From the human T2T-CHM13v2.0 reference genome, Homo sapiens, in the NCBI RefSeq assembly GCF_009914755.1, contig NC_060926.1: a stretch of DNA of 64,000 nt. The stretch is one strand, 5' to 3'. Both the position numbers and the translations under genes were made by a program. Numbering within the stretch: position 1 is the first letter of the stretch; each line of letters starts with the position of its first letter. The notes under the pieces were generated by a model. The model was not told the DNA's origin. It was given only the letters and a program-made list of their open reading frames with translations, and made no database searches. This document shows positions 28,161 through 40,699 of this stretch, in pieces.

Positions 28161-29465
28161 GCCAGGAAATCTATCACCCTGTCAACAGTGCTTGTCCAAT
28201 TAAAGGACAAATCCGTTTTCTCACTTGCTACCAAATGTGAATAGTGACAACTGTCCCAGCTGAAGAAGATGCCTTTCCCCAGGAACATGGCCACAAGGAG
28301 ACAGTGCCCAACTGAGGCTGCACCTTGAGTTGATCTGGTTCGGTAGAGCCAATAGAGACAGAAGAAGATATGGCCTAAAAAGGATCAACACAGTTGAAAT
28401 GGTTTAGATATTTTCCTTTGGAATCGATAAATACCATTGGAGACATTCCACCCGAGGCCTCATAAACCGTTTTGTTCATTATTTCACATTGCTATCCAAA
28501 TGTTAAACCATCGTTACAGTCACTACTGCACAAAATGCACTATAAAATAAGAGTTCTAGAATGCTCATATTCTGATATATCATCTGTCCACTTATACACA
28601 CATACACATACGCATATACATATGAGTAAGAGAAAGAAATTCTAGATCCACAAATACGTCTGTTTGTTCTTACTTGCCCTGGGATCTCAGACAAGAGCAA
28701 AGTAATCAAACAGCCCTGGTCTGGCATTGACATGTAAATGAGCCCATGGTGAAACTGAGTTTGCTCTGTCCCTGATCTCCATGTCAATACCTGACTATCC
28801 TGTAATTTATGTACATAGAGGAGTCAGAGAATAGGCACAATTCTTATCACCCTTGAACACATGTTAAAAATTTACTCCCTGAAATGAGTGTGCTCAAATA
28901 CAACTTGGTAATATAGGCTAACGTGCTTTCCAAGTTTATTCACATGCAAGTTTATTCACTATATTTTGAAACTATTTATTTTCTTTTAAAGGAAATCACT
29001 GCCTGAAAGATATCTCTGGAGTCAGGAGCCTCTGCTTTCTGCATTGAGAAGTCCAGGCTGCATATCGGCAAGAAGAATCAACCAAGCCAACAGGCACACC
29101 TGGCGGCGTCACCCTCCAACGTAGATGTTTCGACACCAAGCACTTCAACAGCCCCAGTAGCTTCCTCCTCAGCTTACTGATACTTGAAGATTTTTGTTTA
29201 GGGTTCATTTCTAGACCAGGTAAAATGACAAATTCAGTTCCACCAATGGTGTCTGGCTGTGCCTACCACAAAGCCTCTCACTTCAGAAAGGCCTCCGCCC
29301 AGGCTTGGATCCCAACTCTCTTCCAGGGTCTGGGGCAGTGGAGCAGCCCCCACCAGCTCTGTTAAAAGCCTTCGGGCAAATGGAGCTGCCCTTTCCTTTC
29401 CTGTTTAGTATCAAGGTCACCGAATGGGAGCATCTGGCAGACCTAGGCAGCCTCAGACTTTCTGA

Positions 29466-29850
<385 letters not shown>

Positions 29851-30482
29851 CAAAATCATTTATTAAATTTTTTTTAAGGTAAACATGTCATAAATGAGGC
29901 AAACATTTAAAAATGTGTAAAATGCATTCATTGTAGAAGACGGACCTGTCTCTCTCAATTGAAATTAAGCAAACAGTGATCTTCGCTGGCTACCGAATTG
30001 TTTGGAAATCCTTCATGATGTTATCCCTCATATCTAATGCCCTTATTCTTTAGATAATTAAAACATTGCAGTAGGAAGAGGATCAAGATGCAGTGATGCA
30101 AACACAACTTTGCAACGGGAATTCAGAAGACTGGATTTTTGTCTGATCTGGGGACAACGGGTGGTCCCAGGAGAAACCCTGACCTTTCTTTGTCTCAATT
30201 TACATTTCTGAAAGATTAGGGAATTTTGAACATTTTAAATGTTTATATCTTATATAACACTAACTGATCATTGCTTTCATTTAGACAAAACCAAAATGGC
30301 AGCCAGGTTATTGCCAGTGACACATTTGAAGTTGTAGGACCTTAAGGTTCCAGAGTTCCTGCCTCTTTTCGCTAACCTCATCTCATTTCACTTTCAACTG
30401 CAGGCTTGTGAAAATTAAGCAAAACCAAACCAAAACACAAGCTCTATGTGCTATGGATAGAAACTGCTGGAAGAGTTATAAA

Positions 30483-30739
30483 TTTTTTTTTCTTTTTATA
30501 TTATACTTTAAGTTCTGGGATACATGTGCAGAACATGCAGGTTTGTTACATGAGTATACACGTGTCATGGTGGTTTGCTGCACCCGTCAACCCCTCATCT
30601 ACATTAGTTATTTCTCCTAATGCTATTCCTCCCCTAGCCCCGCCACCCGCCAACAGGCCCCAGTGTGTGATATTCCCTCCCTGTGTCCACGTGTTCTCAT
30701 TGTTCAACTGCCACTTATGAGTGAGACTATGCGGTGTTT
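30483..30739 (-). mobile_element. Short 5'-truncated L1PA 3' end with 13-bp TSD
   Basis: ttatactttaagttctgggatacatgtgcagaac...cccacttatgagtgaga-like 3'UTR; TSD gaagagttataaa (30470-30482) / gaagaggtataaa (30740-30752). Confidence 0.92.
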
Positions 30740-31567
30740 GAAGAGGTATAAAATGTAAAGGCAGCTCTACGGTGTGGCCCAGAAGCTGTGCTTCTCACAG
30801 GTTCCCAGGCGGTGCTGGGGACGCTGGCCCAGGGTCTCCACTCGGAATCACTGCCATCAGGTGTCTCATTCTAACGCTAATTCAAAATTATTAAGGGCCA
30901 CTGTGGGCCTTCTAACATATTCCCTTTTTTGAAAGAGTTCTCTGAAACTGAAACCTAACTAAGACTCTGAACTAAAGTTAGGAACTCATTTTTACTGATT
31001 AAAAAAAAAAAAAAAGAAAGAAAAAAAACTATAGCCCTCGCTAATATTGCTTCTAAATAGCAGGGCAGACAGGCAGTCTGGGCGCACCCAGTCATGATGG
31101 TGTCACTCGCCCTTCCCCAAATCCCCATCAGGATGAATCAAGGCAACATGACCCTCTGGGAACATTCCCCAGGCCCTTCCCCCAGTATGGCTTCTGGGAG
31201 CAACTGTGGGGCCAGGGGGTTTCCCAAAAGCCAGCTTTCCCATGACAAAAGTGCACAGAACATGCCCCACCCTTCAGTTCCTACGTCCTTGGAAGCACCA
31301 AGCAAGTCATACAAAGTCGTGGAATCACAGAGGATGGATTCACATAGGACGTTTCTAGTAAAACAGTGCAAGCTTCTCCTTGGCCAAAACCAGAGGGCTT
31401 CCTTCTGATGCCCCAAGTGGTGCTTGGGTCCCTGGCCAGGGAAACAGTTCACTCTCCCAGTACCTGCCCTTGTGCATTTGTCATAGGATTAGAAATGAGT
31501 AGCCAGCATGCTCATGGCCGTGTATTACAGCATAAATATTCAGAAACTTGCTTTAGACATCACTTAC

Positions 31568-32120
31568 AGATTCTTTCCCGAAACTTCACATAGAACGTAC
31601 AGAAACACAAGTATTGTGTGAAGCAGTTGTGGGGCCAGGGAGGTGCCCGGGCTTTGAGGGCACGTAGCCTTTGCCATGCAATAGCTTCTGGAATTACACG
31701 CATGGCCTGCTCCCCAGCTTCCCCACCAGCAGGGACTGGGGCGTGGACCGGGGATGGAGACTGGGGGTGGGGGTCCACCTGTGGACCTCCGATAGGAGGG
31801 AGCTGCTTGGCCCTTCTCTGGCCCATCTCTGGCAGGCAGTTGCTGGACAAACTGCAGAGGTCTCCACCTGCAGCATCCAAGGCACACAGGCTCTTCATAA
31901 AAATCCCTTTCTCCTGTCCCCTTCCAATTGGTGGCAGCTGCCACTCAGCATCTTTGGTTTTAAACAGTGAAATGGCTTCCCAGATGTCAGGGGGGAAAAT
32001 CAGTGCAAGGCCTAGACTCGGAATTCCAAGTCGCCCCATCCAGATAGCTGCACCGAGAAGAGAGAAGACACGGGACCGTTTTGTCGTTTTCATTTCCGTT
32101 TTCTTTTACTAGGAAATTGA
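31568..32120 (-). promoter_or_regulatory. Candidate 5' exon/promoter region of the minus-strand lncRNA
   Basis: Perfect minus-strand donor GTAAGT at 31567-31562 next to a GC-rich, CpG-containing, largely non-repetitive segment. Linking it to the 208-300 exon is inference. Confidence 0.35.
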
Positions 32121-32123
32121 AAT

Positions 32124-32320
32124 CGGGTTTCTGGTCTCCGCACTACGGGCTCAGAGGGTTCTTTGGTGTTGGGGAGGCATCGAGCCTTTGGTGCTGCACA
32201 CACCCTAAACCCTGGCTCCACCCGTAGATGCCAAGAGCCCCCTCCAGCTGCGATCGCCAAAAATGTTTCCAGACTTTCCACCTACCTCCAGGGGCAAAAT
32301 CACCTAGGATGAGAACCACA
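32124..32320 (-). mobile_element. MER20 (hAT-Charlie)
   Basis: ccctggctccacccgtagatgcca...ccaaaaatgtttccagac...ggggcaaaatcacc...tgagaaccac equals reverse-strand MER20. Confidence 0.75.
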
Positions 32321-32325
32321 TAATT

Positions 32326-32538
32326 CAGGGGCGTCCAGTCTTTTGGCTTCCCTGGGCCACATTGGAAGAAGAATTATTGTCTTGGGCCACACATAAAATA
32401 CACCACACTAGCAATAGCTGATGAGCTAAAGAAAATCATAGCTGAGAAATCTCAATGTTTTTAAAAGGTTTACAAATTTGGGTTGGGCTGCATTCAAAGC
32501 CACCCCAGGCCACATGGGCTGCAGGTTGGACAAGTTTG
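32326..32538 (+). mobile_element. MER30 (hAT-Charlie)
   Basis: caggggcgtccagtcttttggcttccctgggccacattggaagaagaatt...gttggacaagtttg. Confidence 0.88.
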
Positions 32539-32631
32539 AAATAAGTTATGCTATGGCAAACAATAAGCTGATATTATACAAATATTTTACTTACAAAAAA
32601 ATAACTACCATAAAAAGATGTACGTGGAGGC

Positions 32632-32890
32632 GTGTGTGTGTGTGTGTTGGGTTGTGTGGGAAGGGGTGTGAGCATATGTGTGTGTTGAATGTGGGTGTGT
32701 GTGTGTTGGGTTGTGTGGGAAAGGGTGTGAGCAAGTGTGTGTGTTGAATGTGGGTGTGTGTGTGTTGGGTTGTGTGGGAAGGGGTGTGAGCATGCGTGTG
32801 TGTTGAATGTGGGGGTGTGTGTGTTGGATTGTGTGGGAAGGGGTGTGAGCAAGTGTGTGTGTTGAATGTGGGTATGTGTGTGTTGTGTGG
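32632..32890 (+). repeat. 59-bp minisatellite, ~4 copies
   Basis: Unit gtgtgttgggttgtgtgggaaggggtgtgagca(t/a)..gtgtgtgttgaatgtgggtgt, shifting by one base per 60-nt line. Confidence 0.92.
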
Positions 32891-32902
32891 GATATAAGTC
32901 TG

Positions 32903-33572
32903 TGTAATGTGTGTTACATATGATGCATGTGTTTATGTGTGTAGTGTGGGTGTTGGTGTGTGTATGTATGTATCTGTGTGTTTACATCTGTGGTGTATGT
33001 GTATGCATGTTTGTGTAGTGTGTGTTAGTGTCTGTGTATGTGTGTGGTATCTGTGTATTTTTGTGTGTAGTGTATGTGTGTGCATGTTTGTGTAGTGTGT
33101 GTTAGTGTCTGTGTATGTGTGTGGTATTGTGTGTTTATGTGTGTGGTGTATGTGTGTGCATGTTTGTGTGTGGCATGTGTTGGTGTGTGGCATTTGTGTG
33201 TTTATATGTGTGTTGTGTGTATGCATGTCTGTGTGTATATGTGTGGTGTCTGTGTGTTTCTGTGTGTGGAATATGTGTATGCATGTTTGTGTGTTGCATG
33301 GTGTGTGTATGTATGTGTGTGATATCTCTGTGTTTGTGTGTGTGGTGTCTGTGTATTCATTTTGTGTGTGTGGTGTGCACGTGTGTGGCATGCGTGTGTT
33401 TAAGTGTGTGATATATACATACACACGTGTGTGTTTATGTGTGTGGTGTATGTGTATTCATTCTGTGTGTGTGGTGTGCATGTGTGTGGCATATGTGTGT
33501 GTACGTGTGTGGTATATACATACACACATTTATGGATGGGGGTGTGTGTGTGTTGTGTGGGATATAAGTCTG
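32903..33572 (+). repeat. Cryptic (TG)n simple repeat
   Basis: Interrupted TG tract with internal duplicated blocks. Confidence 0.93.
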
Positions 33573-34952
33573 ATGAGGTAAAGAAGCTCCAGGAGATTCT
33601 CTTTGGTTGAATCTCATGCCATGAGACTTGGCTTCTGGCCACGATGGAGTGAGAAGCCTGGACTGACCTTTCTGCCTGGAGCAAGGGAACACCGTGTAGA
33701 ACCGGCACGGCGCATCTTCCAGACGGCAGTGCCCAGGCTGCTTGGCAGGCACCCCTGCAGGAGGGGTCAGGGAGGTGGGCACCCAGCGGTCCCTCAGCAC
33801 CCGTCCCGTGTGGCACAGTCCAGCCGCCTCCCAGGGCCGAGGAGGGGAGACGCAGGCTCCTGGGCTGCTCCCACCCAGGCCCCTGGAACAGCGCATCTTC
33901 TGTGACCGTGGTGAAGGAAAATCTCAGCCTCTGCTTCCCACCTCCTCAGCCCCTGCCTCAACAGGAAGCCCACAGCGCAAGAGACGCCATTCTAGGGCCA
34001 GGAAGGAAGAGCCTCAGACCCTGGAATTGCCATGTACAAACTAGACGTGTATTTATGGTGTGTCTGAATGTACAACAATTTCCTGTTTCGGAGAAAATAG
34101 TTCCTTCCTGGAAGGGCTGTTCTGTATTTGCACACTTTTCCCATGTGATTTTGGGGAAAAGTACCTGACTTTCTGTGAATAGACGCACTTTTTCTTACCG
34201 AAAATAATGATAGTTTCAATCTGGCTATAATCGTTCATATTCATGATTTTTTTCGGATGTAGAAATCAGCAGTTTTGCATTGTAAGACCTCACCCATCCA
34301 CCACTCACCGTCCCCACACCCCTGGGAACAGGAGGAACCTCACAGAAGAAGAAGGTGGATTTTACTACCTACTTGCCACACCTCAATCTCTCTGTCTGTA
34401 AGCAGAGAGAATACGGTAATAATAATATTAATAATGATAATAATAATACCTTTCTCACAAGTTCGCAGGGAGGGATGAGTTCATGCACATAAAATGCTCA
34501 GCCCAGCACAGCTGAGCACACGATTCTCAGCACTATTACTTGCATTCTTGTCACTGAAAGGAAGAGGGAACGGAGTGTGACAGCGCAGGTTAGACCCCCG
34601 GCGCAGCCATCCACCTGCCACTTTGTCACAGGGACTCCACGACTAACTGCCGCCCTATTTTCCCATAAGCAGGCAATGGTGATGATAAAATCATTCTCAA
34701 AGCTTAGGGAGGCCAGGACCCAACCCAGGGCCGATCAACGCAAAGCCCTTGCTGCTTCCTATCCCATAAAACCCAATTATTTATGAATGTGAACCTAAAG
34801 CCGCATCCTAATTTAGAAGGCATGGAGATAACATGGCCAAGCAGCCGCCTCTCCAGGCAGCGAGATGACTAGGTAGGTCCCAGAGCCCTGAGCATGTCCC
34901 CTAGAAAACAACTCAAGACAAGTGCATTTGCATGCCTTCTTCTGTCTCTCTG

Positions 34953-35217
34953 AAATCACTCAGTTATAGTCACTCAGTGTGTGCTCACAAACACTGAGTC
35001 TCCCCTACACGTGATGCATTTCAGTACCAGGGCAATTCGAGTGAGAAACATGGCCATAGCCCCCAGCCTCTTGGACTATCAGAACTCTTAGGAAGTACAA
35101 GGATTGAAATATGTGGTCTAACAGCAGAGCGGTATTTTTCTCATTGTACCACCTTGTTGTAAAAAATTGCTGGAGCCTGAAGGAAACCACCTATGGGAAG
35201 GGTGTGAGTCAATGGTT
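34953..35217 (+). repeat. Dispersed local duplication, copy 1
   Basis: Aligns end to end with 38256-38522, roughly 80-85% identical by eye. Confidence 0.9.
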
Positions 35218-36629
35218 CCCCACTTCTGCAGAGTTCCTTCTGAGCAGCTCAGAGCCCACCCCGTGTGGACACATCTCTTACCAAGATGACCTTCCCCTAG
35301 CGGGAAACGGAGGAATGAGCAGGCGGCACTCACAGTGCCAATTACAGCAAGGGGATTTGCATAGGAGACCTAACTGCCTGTTTCAATTAGGAGCAGCAAC
35401 TCCCTCCTTCTTCCTTCCCAAGGAGCCAGGAACACCAGGCATGTAGGTTTGGATTTGTCTGGGAGGAGGCATGACTGTGCGCACCAGAGTGAAAGCCTCC
35501 CCACTCACACTGCTCACCTGGAGAGAGGCTCAGGGATCCTGGCAGGCGCAATGTTTGAGAAATGCCCAGGCGAAGAAGATGAATGCTTCCTTTCACCGGG
35601 CCCTCCCTGGCTTTAACTCTTCTTAGTCCTGTCTCTGGGAGACCCTGGCAGCCCCTCGCAGCTGTGACCTCTCTAAACTGTCAGCCTCAGATTAACTGAT
35701 ACTTCATCAATTTTGCCTGAACTGCATTTGCAACCCGGTCTCAAGAGGACAGCCAAGTGCATCAACGCTGGGCATTAACCCCCCAGAACCAGATTGCCTT
35801 CAAAACGAGGGGGACTTTTCCAATATTCTCACAGCGGCCCGGGCAACAAGCCTAGGGGGACTTTGGCCAGAGGGGAGAGAAGGGGCCTCTGATTATTCCT
35901 TGTAAATTTTTCATGAGGACATCTGCCCATACTCTGCGCCTCCTCCAGAGCTGCCCTCTCTCTCTCTCTCCCTTCCTCTGTCTCTGTGTTCAGGCCTCTG
36001 ACAAGGCATGAAAAACGAGAATGATTGGGCCTCAGTCCCCATTAGCCAGGAAGTGACTGATGGGAGGATGGGCGTGTGTGGTGACTTCAGGCTTGGGAGG
36101 GGCCGGGGCTGCCGGGTTTTGAAACAAAAGACCAGTCAGGAATGGATGAGTCCTAGGTGGATCTGCAGATGGAGGCTGTGCTGTGAGTAGGTGGCTAAGG
36201 TGCACAGATGGTCATGGCTGATAGGCCAGCCTGGCCCGGGCTCCTGGTTCTGCAGACCCCAGCTCTGGGCTGGAAAATCGGTCCCCGCCTCCCCCATCTT
36301 CCCCAAGATTGTCCCCGTCCTTCCTCGGGCAGACCTTCACCGTGGAGCAGAAAGCTGCCTACAATATCGCCCAAATCAAAGCCAAGAAGAATTAGAGTGT
36401 AGGGACAGGGGAACAGGGAAGTGCTTTTTTAATTTAAATAATAAAAAATAAAAAATAGTCATTCTTTTGGAAATACTAGCAGCTTACAAGCTTTAAAATC
36501 CTCTTTCCCAACAGTTTAAATCAAAAGCCAGCAGCCCTTTCTCATGGATGCATCAAATCATGCAGATGTCCTTTTTGTGCCCCCTTTAAGGTGACATGTG
36601 CTTCAATTTATTTTTAATCTTCTAAGTGA

Positions 36630-36980
36630 TGTCATCAGGACGCCGCCCGGGTGACACGGGAGGTGGCTGCTCCTGGGGCTGTGGGTCTGGGCAGTGCAAG
36701 CTCCACGCGCACTGACCCCATGGGCTCAACCCAGAGTCCACAGTCAGAAACCGGCCCCGGGCGGCAGGAGACGCTGCAGAGGGAGATTCCATAGAAGAGG
36801 TAAATTCATTAAGAAACTCATCACCGAGCACACCTTAGAAATCCCACCTTTTGTGCTCAACGTGGCCGGGTCCCCGGGGACGCCGTTGGCAGCTCTCCAT
36901 GGAGCAACAGTGCCACCCAGTGGTCAGTCCTCGCGATGCCGCCGCCCGCTCCCCTGTGCGGTCCTCAGCGGCCTGGGAGA
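36630..36980. promoter_or_regulatory. Small CpG-rich cluster with a CTCF-like motif
   Basis: Dense CpGs in non-repeat DNA; minus-strand gaCCACTGGGTGGCACtg at ~36908-36925 resembles the CTCF core with one mismatch. Confidence 0.5.
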
Positions 36981-38255
36981 AGACAGAGAAAATGAGTTGG
37001 TACAAACGCTTGCCCCGAATATCACATCTTTAAATAGTTACCCACATGAAAGAAGGCCTGCAACTGATTCAAAACCACCTCGATGAAAAAAATCTGAGCA
37101 CACCCATCAAAGGCACTGCGCACAGAACTCAGGAATGTTTTCTGCTGTTTGGAGTTTTCTTCTCCCCTCCTCCCTCCTCAATAACGATACTGGTGATTAC
37201 ATCTTCCAGGGGAAAATAAAATTAAATGCATCGACTTAATTGTTTAATTAGTGTGAGCATAGGTAGTACTATCCAATTCAAAGATCTAAGCAACTGAAAT
37301 TCCATTTGGAGGGAGTTCCCCCACTACGGGAAAAGGAAGCAGGAGTGTCACAGGATTGGGGATCACACAGATGGAGGGAGAAATCTGGCCCTACATCTCC
37401 CGCGTGTGGCTGATGACGATGGGTGAATCCCCTGTGGGCATTCCTGCCTCCTCATCTGTGAAGCGGATCACCTGTGAAGTCAAATTTGCAGAGAAAGTGA
37501 TTCTAATTGATGAACTCGAAAGAAATGGGAGTATTGTTACCACCCAGCTTCCTTTTGAACCCCTGCCTCTATTCCTAATGCCATTTCCACTGTACCTTTC
37601 CGCCTAAATGTCCCCTTTCTCTCTTTACAGACCTGTAAGCGCAACGCAGACCCCGCCCTCCTGCGCCAACAAGCCTCTTCTCCAAACGCTCCATGAAAGC
37701 TGATGATTCTCACTTCTAGGTTTTCTGATTGATCACGTTGTCAAGATGGATCTCTGTATTTTCCTGTATTCTTCTCCCCATAGCTCTTTCCTCATATTGT
37801 GGATGCTTTAGAAACCCTTATTAGTGAATTGGCTTGTTTTCAAATTAGAAAAACCTGAATGTTAAGGCAGAAAGGACCTGAATCTTAAGGCAAAATACTT
37901 GGATCCACGATCTGACTTCATCTCTCCGTATCTGGCCTTATCTCTCCAAATCAACAGGAGCAATCCCTTGATTTAGGTAGAGGGCTGTTATTTTGTTTTG
38001 TTTTCATCCATGAAATGAAAGTTTGGGCTGGGGAAAAGTTTGCAGTATTTTTGTTGTAGTTCCTGCAAGTTTTCAGCTAATTACTTAGTGATGCCTCTTA
38101 AAAATCTCACATAGTGTGTTATTTCAAAAAGTTATTCCGTGAGTCCTGTAAATTACTAGGTTAAATCGTGTAAAATTGCTGTTTTATTGGCCAAAAATTA
38201 ACAACTATGAAAAAATGTCATAAGATATAACCTAAAATAGCTCTTCCAGAGAATT

Positions 38256-38522
38256 AAATCACTCAGTTATAGTCACTCATTGGTGCCCACAAACACTAAT
38301 TGAGTGTCCGCTATACGTGGTGCATTTCAGCACCAGGGCAATTTGAGTGGAAAACATGGCCCCCAGCCTCCTGGATTATCAGAACTCTTAGGATGTACAA
38401 AGGACTGAAATCCGTGGTCTAACAGCAGAGTGGTGTTTTTATCATTGTACCACCTTGTTGTAAAAAAAAATGTGCTGGAGCCTAAAGGAAACCATGCATG
38501 GGAAGAGTGTGAGTCAATGATT
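38256..38522 (+). repeat. Dispersed local duplication, copy 2
   Basis: Aligns with 34953-35217. Confidence 0.9.
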
Positions 38523-38574
38523 GGCTATGAATCAATTATCCAGTAGGCTGCCTCTTATTGATCCCTTACCTGTT

Positions 38575-38775
38575 GCCAGGTACATGCTAAGCACGCATAT
38601 GCGTTATCTCACTAGCTCCTCATATTATCTTGTAAAGTGGTATCTTTGGAACTTTCTTCCTCATTTAAGGATGAGAAACAATGAAACTTAAAGAGATTTC
38701 AGAAATTTTCCAAAAGCCATCTAGCTGTTAAGTGGCAGACCTGGGATTTGAACCCATTCTTCAGAGTTCTAGCAC
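38575..38775 (-). mobile_element. MIR fragment
   Basis: catttaaggatgagaaacaatgaaact...gtaagtggcagacctgggatttgaaccca. Confidence 0.7.
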
Positions 38776-39041
38776 ATGGCTTTAGCTGATTCATTCTGCT
38801 GTCATCTTTCATACACACACATCACCACCTATGTAATTGGCCCATGTGCAGTTCCAGCCGTTCACTCAAACACACGCATACATACACTAATGTCACCAGG
38901 AAGACAGTGTGCAATTGCACATGAGTGTCCTGGAAACACCAGGACAGGCCGACACACATGAACTGAGTCAGAGAATTATGCCATGATTAGGAGAGAACAT
39001 TAAGACAGAGCACAGATAAGATAAAATGAGATAAGAGTGCC

Positions 39042-39334
<293 letters not shown>

Positions 39335-40213
39335 CTACCCTCCCTCCTGGATTAAGCTTGGCACCCTCCCTCCTGGATTAAGCTTGGCTGGCACCACTCC
39401 CCTATGGGGCAGAACAAGGTTGGTAACTTGGTAACTCAGCTTCTCCAAGCCTCAACCTGACCTTCTGTACAGTGTGAACAATGATCACCGCCCTGCAGGA
39501 TGAGCACAGGCTCAATCAGTGCCAATGCAGAATGCCCCCCACACTCTGACAGGACACACTTCTTCACAGGAGACTAACAAACAGTGACCAACACAGCAGC
39601 GGTGGGCTCCGGGCAAACTTCCATTTGATGACCTCAGAAGGGAAGCATCTTAAAGGGGTAAAGGTGAGAGGATTATTAATGGTTTTAAAAATATATATCT
39701 CTGTGAATGAATGGTTCATCTTTAAATACAATGAAATCATTTCAATTTTAAAATGTATGGAGAATAAGAAGGCAAAAAATGTTAGCAAAGTCTTTACAGA
39801 TGCTGGGGTTCAGAATCTGCGGTGGCGTCAATACTATTTTCTCCTCCAAATACACCCAGGAATGGTTTCTTGAAATCCTATCTGGCAGACTGCCAGCACA
39901 CCACGATCATTTTACAAGTGTTTGTATATTTTTTAAAATAGGTTTATGGTGATGAGAACATCTGATGTCCTTAAGGGTTCTTCCGTTTTCACTTGCTTTT
40001 TGTCCTTACAATAGCTGTCTGATATGATCAGGTTGTGTTGCAATAGGTCTCATTTATTGTCTAAAACAGTGGTTTCCCTTGTTTTCTGATTATTTATTTA
40101 GTAGGACAATCTGAGAACATAAAGAATCTACTCCTATTATGTATTAATTAATTATGTATTAATAATTATGTAATTATATACACGTACTACTGAAAAAGAT
40201 GAATACATTACAA

Positions 40214-40522
40214 CATGGGTTCCCAACCTCTGACCTGTTAGAAACCAGGCCGCACGGCAGCAGGTGAGTGGCAGGCGAGTGAGTATTACTACCCGAGTTC
40301 TGCCTTCTGTCAGATCAGCAGCACCACTGGATCCTCATAGTAGCACAAACCCTATTGTGAACTGCATATGCAAGGGATCTAGGCTGCACACTCCTTATGA
40401 GAATCTAATGCCTGATGATCTGAGGAGGAACAGTTTCATCCCAAAACCACTACCACCCCAACCCTGTCCTTGGAAAAATTGTCTTCCACGAAACCAGTCC
40501 CTGGTGCCAAAAAGGATCACTG
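40214..40522 (+). mobile_element. MER1B (hAT-Charlie)
   Basis: cttatgagaatctaatgcctgatgatctgagg...aaaattgtcttccacgaaaccagtccctggtgccaaaaagg. Confidence 0.88.
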
Positions 40523-40699
40523 CTTTACAAAACAAAAGGGAAAAACAAACGAACAAAAACAAAAAAACAAAAAGAAAAAAACACCTTAAAGGATGAGTTA
40601 AGGGAAAATGAATAAGGTTTTAAATCAATTTTTAATTTTTGCTTATCACTAAAAATACAAACCTCTGTGCTTTAATGAAGAAATATTTTATCAATAATA

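Noticed and set aside
32632-32890. Regularly spaced repeats as a CRISPR-like array
   Set aside because: Contiguous tandem units without unique spacers, in eukaryotic DNA with no cas genes; a minisatellite
34953-38522. Direct repeats as the two LTRs of a novel retroelement
   Set aside because: No TG...CA termini, TSD, PBS/PPT or gag/pol remnants seen; a local duplication is the simpler explanation
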